The translations under genes were made by a program, and so were the position numbers. DNA of 64,000 bases. Source: an uncultured delta proteobacterium. GTDB lineage: Bacteria; Desulfobacterota; Desulfobacteria; Desulfobacterales; Desulfatirhabdiaceae. Shown piece after piece: positions 20,299-30,331 of this stretch (position 1 is the stretch's first letter; the number at the start of each line of letters is the position of its first letter). Location: NCBI GenBank assembly GCA_963789395.1, contig CAWBKP010000014.1, positions 1 through 64,000 of the forward strand, read 5' to 3'. The notes beneath the pieces are model-generated. The model was not told where the DNA came from, ran no database searches, and saw nothing but the letters and a program-made list of their open reading frames with translations.

Positions 20299-22680
20299 AT
20301 GGCAGAAACCGATAAAGACGATTTAATCAGTATTATTGAAGAAGATGAAAGCGGATCCACAATCCCGGATATTCTACCGCTGATGCCGGTGCGGGATATC
20401 GTGATTTTCACAGATATGCTTCTTCCCCTTTTTGTGGGACGGGAAAAATCCGTTCTGGCCGTTGAAGAAGCGGTATCAAAGGACGGGTTTATTTTTCTGG
20501 CAACCCAGAAGGAAACCGGCGTAGAAAACCCCAAGCCAGATCAGATTTACGAAATCGGCACCATCGGCCGGGTCCTGCGGATGCTCAAACTCCCGGACGG
20601 TCGGGTCAAAGCACTGGTCCAGGGCGTGGCAAAAGCCAGAATCATTCAGTATACCCGGAAAAAATCCTTGTACCGCGTCAAGCATGAAATCATTTCCCCT
20701 GTTCCGGTCACGGAAATGACCATTGAAATCCAGGCACTCATGCGCAATGTCCGCGAGAATTCCGAAAAAGTCCTGGCGTTCCGGGGGGAAATGACCGGCG
20801 ATGTCAGTGCTATTCTGGAAAGCATTGATGATCCGGGGAAGCTGGCAGACCTCGTGGCATCCAATTTAAGACTCAAAATCGATGAATCGCAGATGGTTCT
20901 GGAAGTCACGGATTCGGTTGAGCGGTTGCAAAAAGTCAACGACCTGCTGTCCCGAGAGGTGGACCTGTCCTCCATGCAGGCCAAAATTCAATCCAATGTC
21001 CGGGACGAAATCGCCAAAAGCCAGCGGGATTATTTCTTGAGGGAACAGGTCAGGGCCATCCACAAGGAACTGGGGGAAAGCGATGAAAAGGCGCTGGAAA
21101 TTGAAGAGTATCAGAAAAAAATCAAACGCGCCAAAATGACCAAAGATGCCGAAGCCGAAGCCTTGAAGCAGCTCAAGCGCCTTGAACAGATGCATCCGGA
21201 TTCCGCTGAGTCCTCCATTGTCCGGACCTACCTGGACTGGCTGGTGGAAATGCCCTGGAGCAAATCCTCCAAAGACGACATCCATATCAAGGAAGCCAAA
21301 AAGGTTCTGGACGCCGACCATTACGGACTCAAGAAAATCAAGGAGCGGATTCTCGAATATTTAAGCGTTCGCAAACTCAATCCAAAAATGAAAGGTCCGA
21401 TTCTTTGCTTTGTCGGACCGCCGGGTGTCGGAAAAACCTCTCTGGGCCGGGCCATCGCCAAGGCCATGGGCCGGAAATTCTTTCGCATTTCTCTTGGCGG
21501 CATCCGGGATGAGGCGGAGATCCGGGGGCATCGCCGCACATACATTGGTGCGCTTCCCGGCCGGATTTTACAGGGCCTCAAGCAGTGCGGCACCAACAAT
21601 CCGATATTCATGATGGATGAAATCGACAAACTGGGTTCTGATTTTCGCGGCGACCCCTCCTCGGCCCTTCTGGAAGCCCTGGATCCGGAACAGAATGCCT
21701 CTTTCAGCGATCACTATCTGAACCTGCCCTTTGATCTGTCAAAAGTCATGTTCATTCTGACCGCCAACATGACCGATACCATCCCGTCCGCACTTCTGGA
21801 TCGGATGGAAATCATCATGCTCTCGGGCTATACAGAAGAGGAAAAAACGGTCATTGCCGAAAAATACCTGCTTCCCCGTCAACTGAAAGAAAACGGAATC
21901 AAGGCCAAGGATGTCCTGATCAGCCCGGTTGCACTGCAGCAGATTATCGCCGAATACACCTCGGAGTCCGGAGTTCGGAATCTGGAACGGGAAATCGGAA
22001 CCATCTGCCGGAAAGTGGCCAGAAAGCTTGCCGAAGAACAAAAAGGCCCTTTTGCCATTTCAAAAAACAACCTGCATAAATATCTTGGCATCCCCAAATA
22101 TATTACGGAAATGGATCAGGAGGACAGCCAGGCAGGGCTGGCCACAGGCCTGGCATGGACCCAGGTGGGCGGAGAAGTCCTTTATGTGGAAGCCTCCCTG
22201 ATCGGCGGCAAGGGCGAGATGATCCTCACCGGTCAGCTGGGTGATGTCATGCAGGAATCCGCGCGGGCCGCCATGAGTTATGCTCGGACCAAACTTGCCG
22301 AGTTCGGCATCGAGGAAAATGTATTCGAGAATCAGGATGTCCATATCCATGTGCCTTCCGGCGCAACCCCAAAGGACGGTCCATCGGCAGGTATTGCCAT
22401 GGCAACGGCCCTGATTTCCATTCTGTCCGGCAAGCCGGTGAATAAATATGTGGCCATGACCGGAGAAATTACATTAAGGGGCCGAGTGCTTCCAATCGGC
22501 GGACTCAAGGAAAAAGCGCTCGGGGCCTTGCGCGCCGGAATAAAAACCATTGTGATCCCGGAAAAAAACAAACGGGACCTGGATGAAATACCGCCTTACG
22601 TTAAAAAGAAAATTCATTTCATTCCTGTCAAAAACATGTCCGAAGTGCTCGATATTGCTTTCAAACTCGATGGGGAATGA
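20299..22680 (+). CDS. lon: ATP-dependent Lon protease (copy 1)
   Basis: Lon N-domain; [31 protein letters not shown]. Confidence 0.96.
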   Translation: MAETDKDDLISIIEEDESGSTIPDILPLMPVRDIVIFTDMLLPLFVGREKSVLAVEEAVSKDGFIFLATQKETGVENPKPDQIYEIGTIGRVLRMLKLPDGRVKALVQGVAKARIIQYTRKKSLYRVKHEIISPVPVTEMTIEIQALMRNVRENSEKVLAFRGEMTGDVSAILESIDDPGKLADLVASNLRLKIDESQMVLEVTDSVERLQKVNDLLSREVDLSSMQAKIQSNVRDEIAKSQRDYFLREQVRAIHKELGESDEKALEIEEYQKKIKRAKMTKDAEAEALKQLKRLEQMHPDSAESSIVRTYLDWLVEMPWSKSSKDDIHIKEAKKVLDADHYGLKKIKERILEYLSVRKLNPKMKGPILCFVGPPGVGKTSLGRAIAKAMGRKFFRISLGGIRDEAEIRGHRRTYIGALPGRILQGLKQCGTNNPIFMMDEIDKLGSDFRGDPSSALLEALDPEQNASFSDHYLNLPFDLSKVMFILTANMTDTIPSALLDRMEIIMLSGYTEEEKTVIAEKYLLPRQLKENGIKAKDVLISPVALQQIIAEYTSESGVRNLEREIGTICRKVARKLAEEQKGPFAISKNNLHKYLGIPKYITEMDQEDSQAGLATGLAWTQVGGEVLYVEASLIGGKGEMILTGQLGDVMQESARAAMSYARTKLAEFGIEENVFENQDVHIHVPSGATPKDGPSAGIAMATALISILSGKPVNKYVAMTGEITLRGRVLPIGGLKEKALGALRAGIKTIVIPEKNKRDLDEIPPYVKKKIHFIPVKNMSEVLDIAFKLDGE

Positions 22681-23372
22681 TGCGGATACTTGCGGTTGAC
22701 TCCTCCACCCGCAGTTGCAGCATTGCCGTCGTTGACGGAGGCGTTCTGCTGGCCGAGGTCACATCCGGAAACGGACAGACCCATTCCAGACATCTGATGG
22801 CCATGATTGATTCGGCGCTTGGGCTTGCCGGCCTGAACCTTTCCATGACGGATGGACTTGCCTTCACATGCGGACCCGGATCTTTTACGGGACTTCGTAT
22901 CGGCATCAGCACGATTCTGGGTCTGGCCGCCGCAACCCGAAAACCCATAGCGGGCATTTCCGGCCTGGATGCGCTGGCCATGCAGGCGGCGGCTCCCGGC
23001 ATGACGATCTGCCCGTTGGTTGACGGCAGAAGAGGTGAAGTCTATTGCGCAAGGTACCGCTGGGACAATGGGGAGTTGATCAAAGAGGCGGCCGAGCAGG
23101 TAATGGCACCGGAGCTTGCCATAAGCGGTCTGAGCACGCCGGCCCTGTTTGTTGGAAACGGCGCGATGCTCTACCAGGCGCTGATCCAGAACCATCTGGG
23201 GGATGCTGCCGTATTTGCCCAGAACTGCCAGAATACCCTAAGGGCCTCTACCGTTGCATGGCTCAGCATGAAACGCTTTGCAATCGGCGACGTGGATGAT
23301 ATATATCGTTATTCACCCATGTACATTCGAAGACCCGACGCTAAAATTCCGGCGCCGTTCAAACCGATGTAA
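22677..23372 (+). CDS. tsaB: tRNA t6A biosynthesis protein TsaB
   Basis: ILAVDSST, HSRHL, GPGSFTGLRIG, DGRRGEVY, PMYIR. Confidence 0.93.
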   Translation: MMRILAVDSSTRSCSIAVVDGGVLLAEVTSGNGQTHSRHLMAMIDSALGLAGLNLSMTDGLAFTCGPGSFTGLRIGISTILGLAAATRKPIAGISGLDALAMQAAAPGMTICPLVDGRRGEVYCARYRWDNGELIKEAAEQVMAPELAISGLSTPALFVGNGAMLYQALIQNHLGDAAVFAQNCQNTLRASTVAWLSMKRFAIGDVDDIYRYSPMYIRRPDAKIPAPFKPM

Positions 23373-23384
23373 GAGAGCCCAAAC

Positions 23385-24461
23385 ATGAACGAACTCATTG
23401 ATCTCACAAAAAGCCTGATCCGGTATCCATCGGTAAACAGCAGACCCGATCAAATCCACGCCTGCGCCGATTTTATTGAAGAGTATCTGAAATCATCCGG
23501 CATTGCCTATCAGAGATTTAATTTCAACAACACCCCGTCGATTCTTATCCTTCCGGAAAACCGGTTTGCACCGGTGGTGCTGATGAGCCATTTTGATGTG
23601 GTGGAAGGCCCGGACAACCTCTTTTCGCCCTGGGAAGAAAACGGCTGTCTTTACGGCAGAGGAAGTATTGACGACAAATACGCAGTGGCTCTGTCGCTGG
23701 TTCTGTTGAAAAACCACCTGGATAGGCTCAACTCCTCGGGAAAGAATCAGACTGCCCTGAATTTCGGCGTTCTATTGACCGGCGATGAAGAAATCGGGGG
23801 TGCAAACGGCGCACAGAAAGTTCTTCATGAATTCAAAACCGATTTTTGCATTGCCCTGGATGGCGGCAACTTTCAAAAAATCGTCATCAAGGAAAAAGGA
23901 ATCCTTCGGCTGAAGTTGATAGCCAGGGGAAAAACCGCCCATGGCGCCAGACCCTGGCTTGGCGAAAACGCCATCGAACGGCTGATCGCAGATTATCATC
24001 GATTAAAGGTTTTTTTTGCCGGTTCCGCCCCGGACCACTGGCACCGGACCCTTAATTTCAGCATGATAAAGGCAGGCAACGTCATCAACCAGGTCCCGGA
24101 TTATGCAGAAGCCCTGTTTGATATCCGGTATACCGAGGCAGATGACATCGATTCTCTGGTAAAGGCCATTCGTGAGGCGATTGATGGAGAAATTCAGGTG
24201 GTATCCACGGCCCCTGTGTTCCTGGGCGGCAAATCCCCCTATCTCGACAGACTTCTGTCGTTTTCCCCGTTAACACGCCTCGGATGCGAACACGGGGCCA
24301 GCGATGCCCGTCATCTGGCGGATCACCGCATTCCGGGAATTGTCTGGGGAGCGGACGGCGACGCAAGCCAACATGCTGAAAACGAACATATTCATATCGA
24401 CAGCTTTATCAGCCTTTACAAAATATTGGATCAATTTTTAATCGACATCGGAACTAATTGA
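23385..24461 (+). CDS. M20 family metallopeptidase (ArgE/DapE-like)
   Basis: SHFDVV, YGRGSIDDK, GDEEIGG, AHGARPWLG. Confidence 0.88.
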   Translation: MNELIDLTKSLIRYPSVNSRPDQIHACADFIEEYLKSSGIAYQRFNFNNTPSILILPENRFAPVVLMSHFDVVEGPDNLFSPWEENGCLYGRGSIDDKYAVALSLVLLKNHLDRLNSSGKNQTALNFGVLLTGDEEIGGANGAQKVLHEFKTDFCIALDGGNFQKIVIKEKGILRLKLIARGKTAHGARPWLGENAIERLIADYHRLKVFFAGSAPDHWHRTLNFSMIKAGNVINQVPDYAEALFDIRYTEADDIDSLVKAIREAIDGEIQVVSTAPVFLGGKSPYLDRLLSFSPLTRLGCEHGASDARHLADHRIPGIVWGADGDASQHAENEHIHIDSFISLYKILDQFLIDIGTN

Positions 24462-24462
24462 T

Positions 24463-25716
24463 ATGATACAGTTAATTCGCGGGTTCAAGGACATCCTTCC
24501 CGGAGAAGTCGAACTCTGGCAGCGTATCGAAAAACAGACCACATCTTTGTTTGAAGATTTCGGTTTCAAGGATATCCGGATTCCCATCATGGAACGTACC
24601 GAGCTTTTTTCCCGGAGCATCGGAGAGGAGACGGACATTGTCGAAAAGGAAATGTACACGTTTCCGGATCGAAAAGGGGATTTGATCACGTTAAGGCCTG
24701 AAGCCACGGCATCCATTGTCCGCGCCTTTATCCAGCACCGCCTGTACGCCGCCGACCCGGTCCAAAAACTCTACACCATCGGTCCGATGTTCCGACGGGA
24801 ACGCCCCCAGAAGGGACGGTACCGGCAGTTTTATCAGATCGATGCCGAGGTGTTCGGCGTTTCCTCGCCGCTTGTGGACGCACAGATCATGTTCATGCTG
24901 ATGACCTTATTTTCCCGGCTGTCGGTAACGGACTGCACGGCCAAAATCAATTCCCTGGGATGCCCGGACTGCCGCCCGGCTTTTACTGCCGGCCTGTCTC
25001 AACTGCTTTCAGAAAAAGCGGAGGCACTGTGCGAAGACTGCTCCCGCCGCAGCGTCAAAAATCCCCTTCGAGTTCTGGACTGCAAGGTTCCCGCGTGCAA
25101 AGCAGCCATGGCGGATGCCCCTTCGATCCTGGATTATCTTTGCCCGGACTGCCGCAGCCATTTTGACTCGGTCATGCGGCACCTGACGCTTCTCGGGGTT
25201 TCGTTCGAGCTGGACAAGCGCCTGGTCAGGGGCCTGGATTATTATACGCGCACCGCCTTTGAAATCCAGACCACGCTTCTGGGCGCGCAAAGCGCCATTG
25301 CCGGCGGCGGCAGATATGACGGCCTGGTCAAGGCACTGGGCGGCCCTGACATTCCGGCCATCGGCTTTGCCATCGGCGTGGACCGCCTGGCGGAAATCGC
25401 GGCTCTGAATCACCCCGATTTATCCAGAAAACCCAAATTGTTCATTGCCGCCCTGGGAGAAACCAGTCAGACCCTGGCCTTCGAATGGGTCAGCCGACTG
25501 GCTGCGGCCGGGATTCATGCGGAAATGGACATGGCAGACCGGAGCCTGAAAAGCCAGATGAAACAGGCGAACCGGCTGGGTGCCGCCCATGTGCTGATTG
25601 CCGGCGATGCGGAGCTTGAAACAGGGCAGGTGCTTTTGCGTGACATGGCCACCAAGGACCAGGTTCCGGTCCCGGTCAAAGACCTGGTAGAAGCGATGCG
25701 AAACCGGTTTGCATGA
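24463..25716 (+). CDS. hisS: Histidine--tRNA ligase
   Basis: LRPEAT, FRRERPQKGRYRQF, LVRGLDYY, GGGRYDGL. Confidence 0.97.
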   Translation: MIQLIRGFKDILPGEVELWQRIEKQTTSLFEDFGFKDIRIPIMERTELFSRSIGEETDIVEKEMYTFPDRKGDLITLRPEATASIVRAFIQHRLYAADPVQKLYTIGPMFRRERPQKGRYRQFYQIDAEVFGVSSPLVDAQIMFMLMTLFSRLSVTDCTAKINSLGCPDCRPAFTAGLSQLLSEKAEALCEDCSRRSVKNPLRVLDCKVPACKAAMADAPSILDYLCPDCRSHFDSVMRHLTLLGVSFELDKRLVRGLDYYTRTAFEIQTTLLGAQSAIAGGGRYDGLVKALGGPDIPAIGFAIGVDRLAEIAALNHPDLSRKPKLFIAALGETSQTLAFEWVSRLAAAGIHAEMDMADRSLKSQMKQANRLGAAHVLIAGDAELETGQVLLRDMATKDQVPVPVKDLVEAMRNRFA

Positions 25717-25750
25717 AAAATGAAGCTTTCATAATAAAGTCGTCATCCCC

Positions 25751-25830
25751 GTCATTCCCGCGAAAGCCGGAACCCAGTCTGATTTGTGTGTGATGGGAAT
25801 CCTGGATGCCGGATCAAGCCCGGCAAGACA
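25751..25830. repeat. REP-like palindromic element between hisS and aspS
   Basis: gtcattcccgcgaaagccggaacccag ... ctggatgccggatcaagcccggcaagac (two hairpin arms in inverted arrangement). Confidence 0.6.
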
Positions 25831-25887
25831 GAAGCGCTGTGGAATGTCCGGAAATAATTTAAATAATTCTTGAGAAGGAGTACCCCA

Positions 25888-27705
25888 TTGTCTGACAACT
25901 TGCAATTGGATGTGCTGGGAGATATGCGCCGGTCCCATACCTGTAATCAACTGGGCGCAGAAGATGTGGGCAGGGAGGTGGTTCTGGCCGGCTGGGCGCT
26001 TCGCCGCCGGGATCACGGCGGTGTGATTTTCGTGGATCTTCGGGACCGGGAAGGCATTACCCAGGTGGTATTCAATCCCGAAGTGGACGAAACGGTCCAT
26101 CAGAAGGCCCACGAAATTCGAAGCGAGTTTGTCCTGTGCGTTCGCGGCAGGGTGGAGAAACGGCCCGAAGGCATGACCAATCCCAATCTGTCAACCGGTG
26201 AGATAGAGATTCTGGTGACCGAGCTTAGAATCCTGAACACTGCCAAGACCCCGCCTTTCATGATCGAGGACGAGGTGGAGGTATCGGAATCCCTTCGCCT
26301 GAAATTCCGTCATCTGGATCTCAGGCGCCCCCAGCTCCAGCAAAACATTATCCGCAGGCACAAGGCATCGGTATCGGTCCGAAATTACCTGGTCAACAAC
26401 GGATTTCTGGAAATCGAAACACCGGTCTTAACCCGAAGCACCCCGGAAGGCGCCAGGGACTATCTGGTCCCAAGCCGTGTGAATCCTGGCAATTTTTACG
26501 CCCTGCCCCAGTCCCCGCAGCTTTTTAAACAGCTGCTGATGATTTCCGGCTTTGACCGCTATTACCAGATCGTCCGCTGCTTTCGGGACGAGGATCTGCG
26601 CGCCGACCGGCAGCCGGAATTCACTCAGATCGACATGGAGCTGTCCTTTGTGGGCGAAGAGGATGTCATGGCCGTTGCAGAAGGGCTGATGGCCGCACTC
26701 TTCAAGGACGTCCTGAACCAGACCCTTGTCACACCCTTTCCCCGCTTGAGTTATGATGAGGCCATGGGCCGATACGGACTCGACAAGCCGGATGTGCGCT
26801 TTGACCTGGAGCTGAAGGATGTTTCGGATATCGTCTCTGGGTCCGGTTTTAAGGTCTTTGCCGACAGCGTTAAAAAAGGCGGGATGGTTAAGGCCCTTAA
26901 CGCTAAGGGATGCATGGACTTTTCCAGGAAAGAAATCGATGATCTCACCGCCCTAGCCGCAGTGTATCAGGCAAGGGGCCTTGCCTGGATAAAGGTCCGG
27001 GAAGACGGCTGGCAGTCGCCCATCGTCAAGTTTTTCACCGAAGATGAAAAGAATTCCCTGGCCCAAAGGCTGGATATGCAGGTTGGGGATCTTGTATTTT
27101 TTGTTGCTGACAAAACAAAGATCGTCAATGAAGCACTGGGACATCTGCGGAATCATCTGGGAAAACGCCTGAATCTGATAAACGATGCGGCATTCGCCTT
27201 TGTATGGGTCACCCGCTTTCCGATGTTTGAATACGATGAAACCGAAAAACGCTACCAGGCCATGCATCACCCCTTTACCTCCCCGCTGGAAGAAGATTAC
27301 GGCAGGCTTCAGGATGAGCCCCTTTCTGTCAAATCCCGGGCATACGACCTGGTGCTGAATGGCTCTGAAATCGGCGGCGGATCCATCCGTATCCACCAGA
27401 AGGATCTCCAGGAAAAAGTGTTTGAGGCCCTTGGCATGGAACGGGAAAGTTACGAGGAAAAATTCGGTTTTCTGCTTTCTGCCCTGGAATCCGGCGCCCC
27501 GCCCCACGGCGGCATCGCCTTCGGGTTCGACCGCCTGGTGATGATGCTTTGCGGCCAGTCTTCCATCCGGGACGTCATTGCCTTTCCCAAGACCCAGAAA
27601 GCCGCCTGCCTGCTGACCAACGCACCGTCCGTAGCAGCCAAGGCCCAGCTGGATGAGCTTTCCATCCGAGTAAAAGCCGTGGCAGCCACCCCGCCGGCCG
27701 AATGA
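25888..27705 (+). CDS. aspS: Aspartate--tRNA ligase
   Basis: [47 protein letters not shown] start after AAGGAG. Confidence 0.97.
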   Translation: MSDNLQLDVLGDMRRSHTCNQLGAEDVGREVVLAGWALRRRDHGGVIFVDLRDREGITQVVFNPEVDETVHQKAHEIRSEFVLCVRGRVEKRPEGMTNPNLSTGEIEILVTELRILNTAKTPPFMIEDEVEVSESLRLKFRHLDLRRPQLQQNIIRRHKASVSVRNYLVNNGFLEIETPVLTRSTPEGARDYLVPSRVNPGNFYALPQSPQLFKQLLMISGFDRYYQIVRCFRDEDLRADRQPEFTQIDMELSFVGEEDVMAVAEGLMAALFKDVLNQTLVTPFPRLSYDEAMGRYGLDKPDVRFDLELKDVSDIVSGSGFKVFADSVKKGGMVKALNAKGCMDFSRKEIDDLTALAAVYQARGLAWIKVREDGWQSPIVKFFTEDEKNSLAQRLDMQVGDLVFFVADKTKIVNEALGHLRNHLGKRLNLINDAAFAFVWVTRFPMFEYDETEKRYQAMHHPFTSPLEEDYGRLQDEPLSVKSRAYDLVLNGSEIGGGSIRIHQKDLQEKVFEALGMERESYEEKFGFLLSALESGAPPHGGIAFGFDRLVMMLCGQSSIRDVIAFPKTQKAACLLTNAPSVAAKAQLDELSIRVKAVAATPPAE

Positions 27706-27774
27706 AAGGCTTTTTTGAGGAAAATCTTCTTGACTTTGCTATGCCAAAAATATAAAAGATCAATTCTTAACTGA

Positions 27775-27850
27775 TCCCCAGTAGCTCAGTAGGTAGAGCA
27801 AGTGGCTGTTAACCACTGGGTCCGCGGTTCGAGTCCGTGCTGGGGAGCCA
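27775..27850 (+). tRNA. tRNA-Asn(GTT)
   Basis: Cloverleaf tccccag...gtggctGTTaaccac...ggttcgagtcc...ctgggga-g-cca. Confidence 0.97.
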
Positions 27851-27858
27851 AAAATATC

Positions 27859-27891
27859 AAGGGGTTAGCCTGAAAAGGCTAACCCCTTTTT
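27859..27891 (+). terminator. Rho-independent terminator after tRNA-Asn
   Basis: aaggggttagcct-gaaa-aggctaacccctt followed by a T run. Confidence 0.8.
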
Positions 27892-28129
27892 CTTTTTGTG
27901 TGTGAATCTGTGTGTGACTTTTCTCATCGCGGATGAATTTTAATCACGATTATTGTTTCTTGTAGTCCTTCAGCCTATTCCTGACGGCATTGTCGCTTAC
28001 CCCATATTTACGGCCAACTGCCGAAAATCCCAGTTTATTGATTTCAGCTTTCAATACGTTAAATGGTGAGCGGTCAGCCTTGGAGATAAGAAATGATCTT
28101 CCCATATTAACCGGTGCCTCAAGGAGTGT

Positions 28130-28400
28130 TCATTCGACTTTCGAAAATGCGTCTATCTTCTGGAGTTTGTCCATCGCCTTGCGTTCAGCATCACCAGTAG
28201 AAAGAAGGTAGATTTCAGTCATCTTGCGGTTTTGTTGACCCAATATACGTTGAATGGTGCCTATGGCTGTTCCCATGTCATCAAGAACAGATGCTGTCAG
28301 GTGACGTATTGCGTGTACCTGAAATAGTTTGTATCAGCAATTCGGCAAAGTGTCCCCATAATCTTTTTCCTGTCCTTATACGGTGCGTTAATCCATTTCC
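28130..28400 (-). pseudogene. C-terminal fragment of a tyrosine recombinase/phage-type integrase
   Basis: PYKDRKKIMGTLC...YFRY/HAIRHLTASVLDDMG..IGTIQRILGQQNRKMTEIY (HxxR box and Tyr nucleophile present, one frameshift); N-terminus absent; next to the tRNA. Confidence 0.75.
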
Positions 28401-28421
28401 GCCTGTCTGGTTGAAGCAAAA

Positions 28422-28452
28422 GAAGGCCCAATCTTGATAAGATCGGGCCTTC
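28422..28452 (-). terminator. Terminator hairpin after the hsp20 operon
   Basis: gaaggcccaatctt-gat-aagatcgggccttc followed by Ts on the minus strand. Confidence 0.65.
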
Positions 28453-28465
28453 ATATTGAGCGTTT

Positions 28466-28870
28466 TTATCCGGCCGTTACCGTTATCTGACGCGGAACGG
28501 CTTTTTGAGCCTTTGGCAATGCCAATCTCAACACTCCGTCCACAAGCTTGGCATCGATTTTGTTCTGATCGATGGCATCGGAGAGGGTGAACTGACGATA
28601 ATATTTGCCGATTTCGAATTCAACCAATACATCCGATTCCTCGGGTCCTTCCCAGGGCTTGACGTCACCGTTCAGGGTCAATACACCGTCTCGAAGCTCA
28701 ATGTTCACGCCGCCCGCAGCCACACCGGGCATATCTGCCAGCACGGTGATTTCATGCTCCGTTTCGAATATATCCACCACAGGTGTGAAGACCAGCCCGG
28801 GCCGGGTCTGCTCCGCCGGCGCAGCAACTTCATGTTTTTCTTTGGCTTGGAGTTCTTTGGATTCAACCAT
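28466..28870 (-). CDS. Hsp20/alpha-crystallin small heat-shock protein
   Basis: PVVDIFE, ADMPGV, YYRQFTL, AKLVDGVLRLALPK. Confidence 0.93.
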   Translation of the reverse strand: MVESKELQAKEKHEVAAPAEQTRPGLVFTPVVDIFETEHEITVLADMPGVAAGGVNIELRDGVLTLNGDVKPWEGPEESDVLVEFEIGKYYRQFTLSDAIDQNKIDAKLVDGVLRLALPKAQKAVPRQITVTAG

Positions 28871-28899
28871 TTTTTATCCCTCCTTATCTGGTTCGGTAT

Positions 28900-29361
28900 T
28901 TATTTGACAGTAATCTGTTTGGGTTTGGCGACTTCTGATTTGGCAATGGCAACCGTCAACAATCCATTGACCAGCCTGGCATCCACGCTGTCCGCATCCA
29001 TGTCGCCGGGCAGACCGATCATGCGGGAGAACGTGCCTGCCTCGCGCTCTCTGCGGTGGTATCTGACATTTTCGCCCTCGGACGGTATGTTCCGTTCGCC
29101 GGAAATCGACAGGCTTCTGCCGGTGACCTCCAGCCGGACTTCATCCGCCTTCATGCCGGGAAGCTCCGCCCGCACATAATATTTATCTTTGTCTTCCGTA
29201 ATATTGATTGCCGGAAAAACTCTGGCGGGAAACACCCGCATTTCCGGCCTGCCGAGCATTGCGTTGGTCAAAATATCCATTTGCCGAGCCATGCGATCCA
29301 TTTCAGCCAAAGGATTTCGCCATCCCATAAATGGAAAATCGAAGATTCTTCTTGCTACCAT
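28900..29361 (-). CDS. Hsp20/alpha-crystallin small heat-shock protein
   Basis: FPAINI, RAELPG, RREREAGTFSR, ARLVNGLLTV. Confidence 0.93.
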   Translation of the reverse strand: MVARRIFDFPFMGWRNPLAEMDRMARQMDILTNAMLGRPEMRVFPARVFPAINITEDKDKYYVRAELPGMKADEVRLEVTGRSLSISGERNIPSEGENVRYHRREREAGTFSRMIGLPGDMDADSVDARLVNGLLTVAIAKSEVAKPKQITVK

Positions 29362-29428
29362 GATCTGTTCCTCCTTCTTTTTGATGTTCTGATTAAATAA
29401 TCCTTCTCCCACTGTTGAAAGCCTTGTA

Positions 29429-29995
29429 TCAGACGCTTTTTACCTCGATGTGTTTGACATGCAATTTCGACACTGCCTTTCTGGGCAGTGTCACGGTCAA
29501 AACGCCGTTCTTAAAAATCGCCTTGACGCCTTCCTGGTCCGCATCTTCCGGAAGAGACAACATCCGCTGGAATGAACCGTAGGAACGTTCCATGCGATAG
29601 TAATTTTTCTCCTTTTCCTCGGTCTCCTGTTTCTTTTCACCGTGAATGGTCAGCGTGTCGTTGACAATCTCCAGCTTGACATCTTTTTCATCCACACCGG
29701 GGATCTCCACCGTGATGGTGTACTCTTTGTCATTGGCTCCCAGATCCAGGGTGGGCTTGAGCATGCCCTCGCCAATGTGCGGCGGGACCGGACGGCCGAA
29801 TCCGAACGGTGCCAACCCAAACCCCCGAAAAGCCTCGTCAAAAAGCCGGTCGATCTCCCGGTGAAACTGCTGCAGGGGACTGGTGAGCATTCCGGCTTGT
29901 TCGTGAGCGCCTTTATGCTTCACCGGCACCGTCTTGCCCGCACCCTCTTCTTCCTTTTTAAACCAATTCCACGGAACCCATTTCTTGATGTCCAT
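29429..29995 (-). CDS. Hsp20 small heat-shock protein (sHsp20c/tLST-like subtype)
   Basis: PWNWFK N-terminus, HREIDRLFD..FRGFG, ERSYGSFQR, FKNGVLTV. Confidence 0.93.
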   Translation of the reverse strand: MDIKKWVPWNWFKKEEEGAGKTVPVKHKGAHEQAGMLTSPLQQFHREIDRLFDEAFRGFGLAPFGFGRPVPPHIGEGMLKPTLDLGANDKEYTITVEIPGVDEKDVKLEIVNDTLTIHGEKKQETEEKEKNYYRMERSYGSFQRMLSLPEDADQEGVKAIFKNGVLTVTLPRKAVSKLHVKHIEVKSV

Positions 29996-30027
29996 AGCCC
30001 TCCTCCTTTGCGATGCCCATCGGCTGA

Positions 30028-30307
30028 AAACATTACTTATTATTATTTATTTAAAAAGTAATATTATATTTTTATGTGTCAAGTTGTATTGCCGCTTTTT
30101 CTATCAATAATCATCCGTTAAAATTTTATCTGAGAGAATCGACCTTGAGCTTATGCGCTGAATCCTGAATACAATATTAATATAATATATCAATATAACA
30201 TATAGTTTTAATTATTAGCTGATTCTTTTCAATTCAAGTCAACCGGGGCTTGACATTTAATGTGATGATCTTTATATAAACATTACTATTAGTAAAAATA
30301 TGATTTT
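30028..30307. promoter_or_regulatory. AT-rich divergent promoter region with repeated ATTACT boxes
   Basis: TTGACA on the minus strand (30077-30082) and on the plus strand (30250-30255); AAACATTACT at 30028 and 30278; palindrome TTACT-ATT-AGTAA at 30283-30295. Confidence 0.6.
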
Positions 30308-30331
30308 TTGGGAAAGGGCGGGTGGTATGCT

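Noticed and set aside
29996..30030. ROSE-type RNA thermometer before hsp20
   Set aside because: There is no U(U/C)GCU motif or convincing anti-SD pairing
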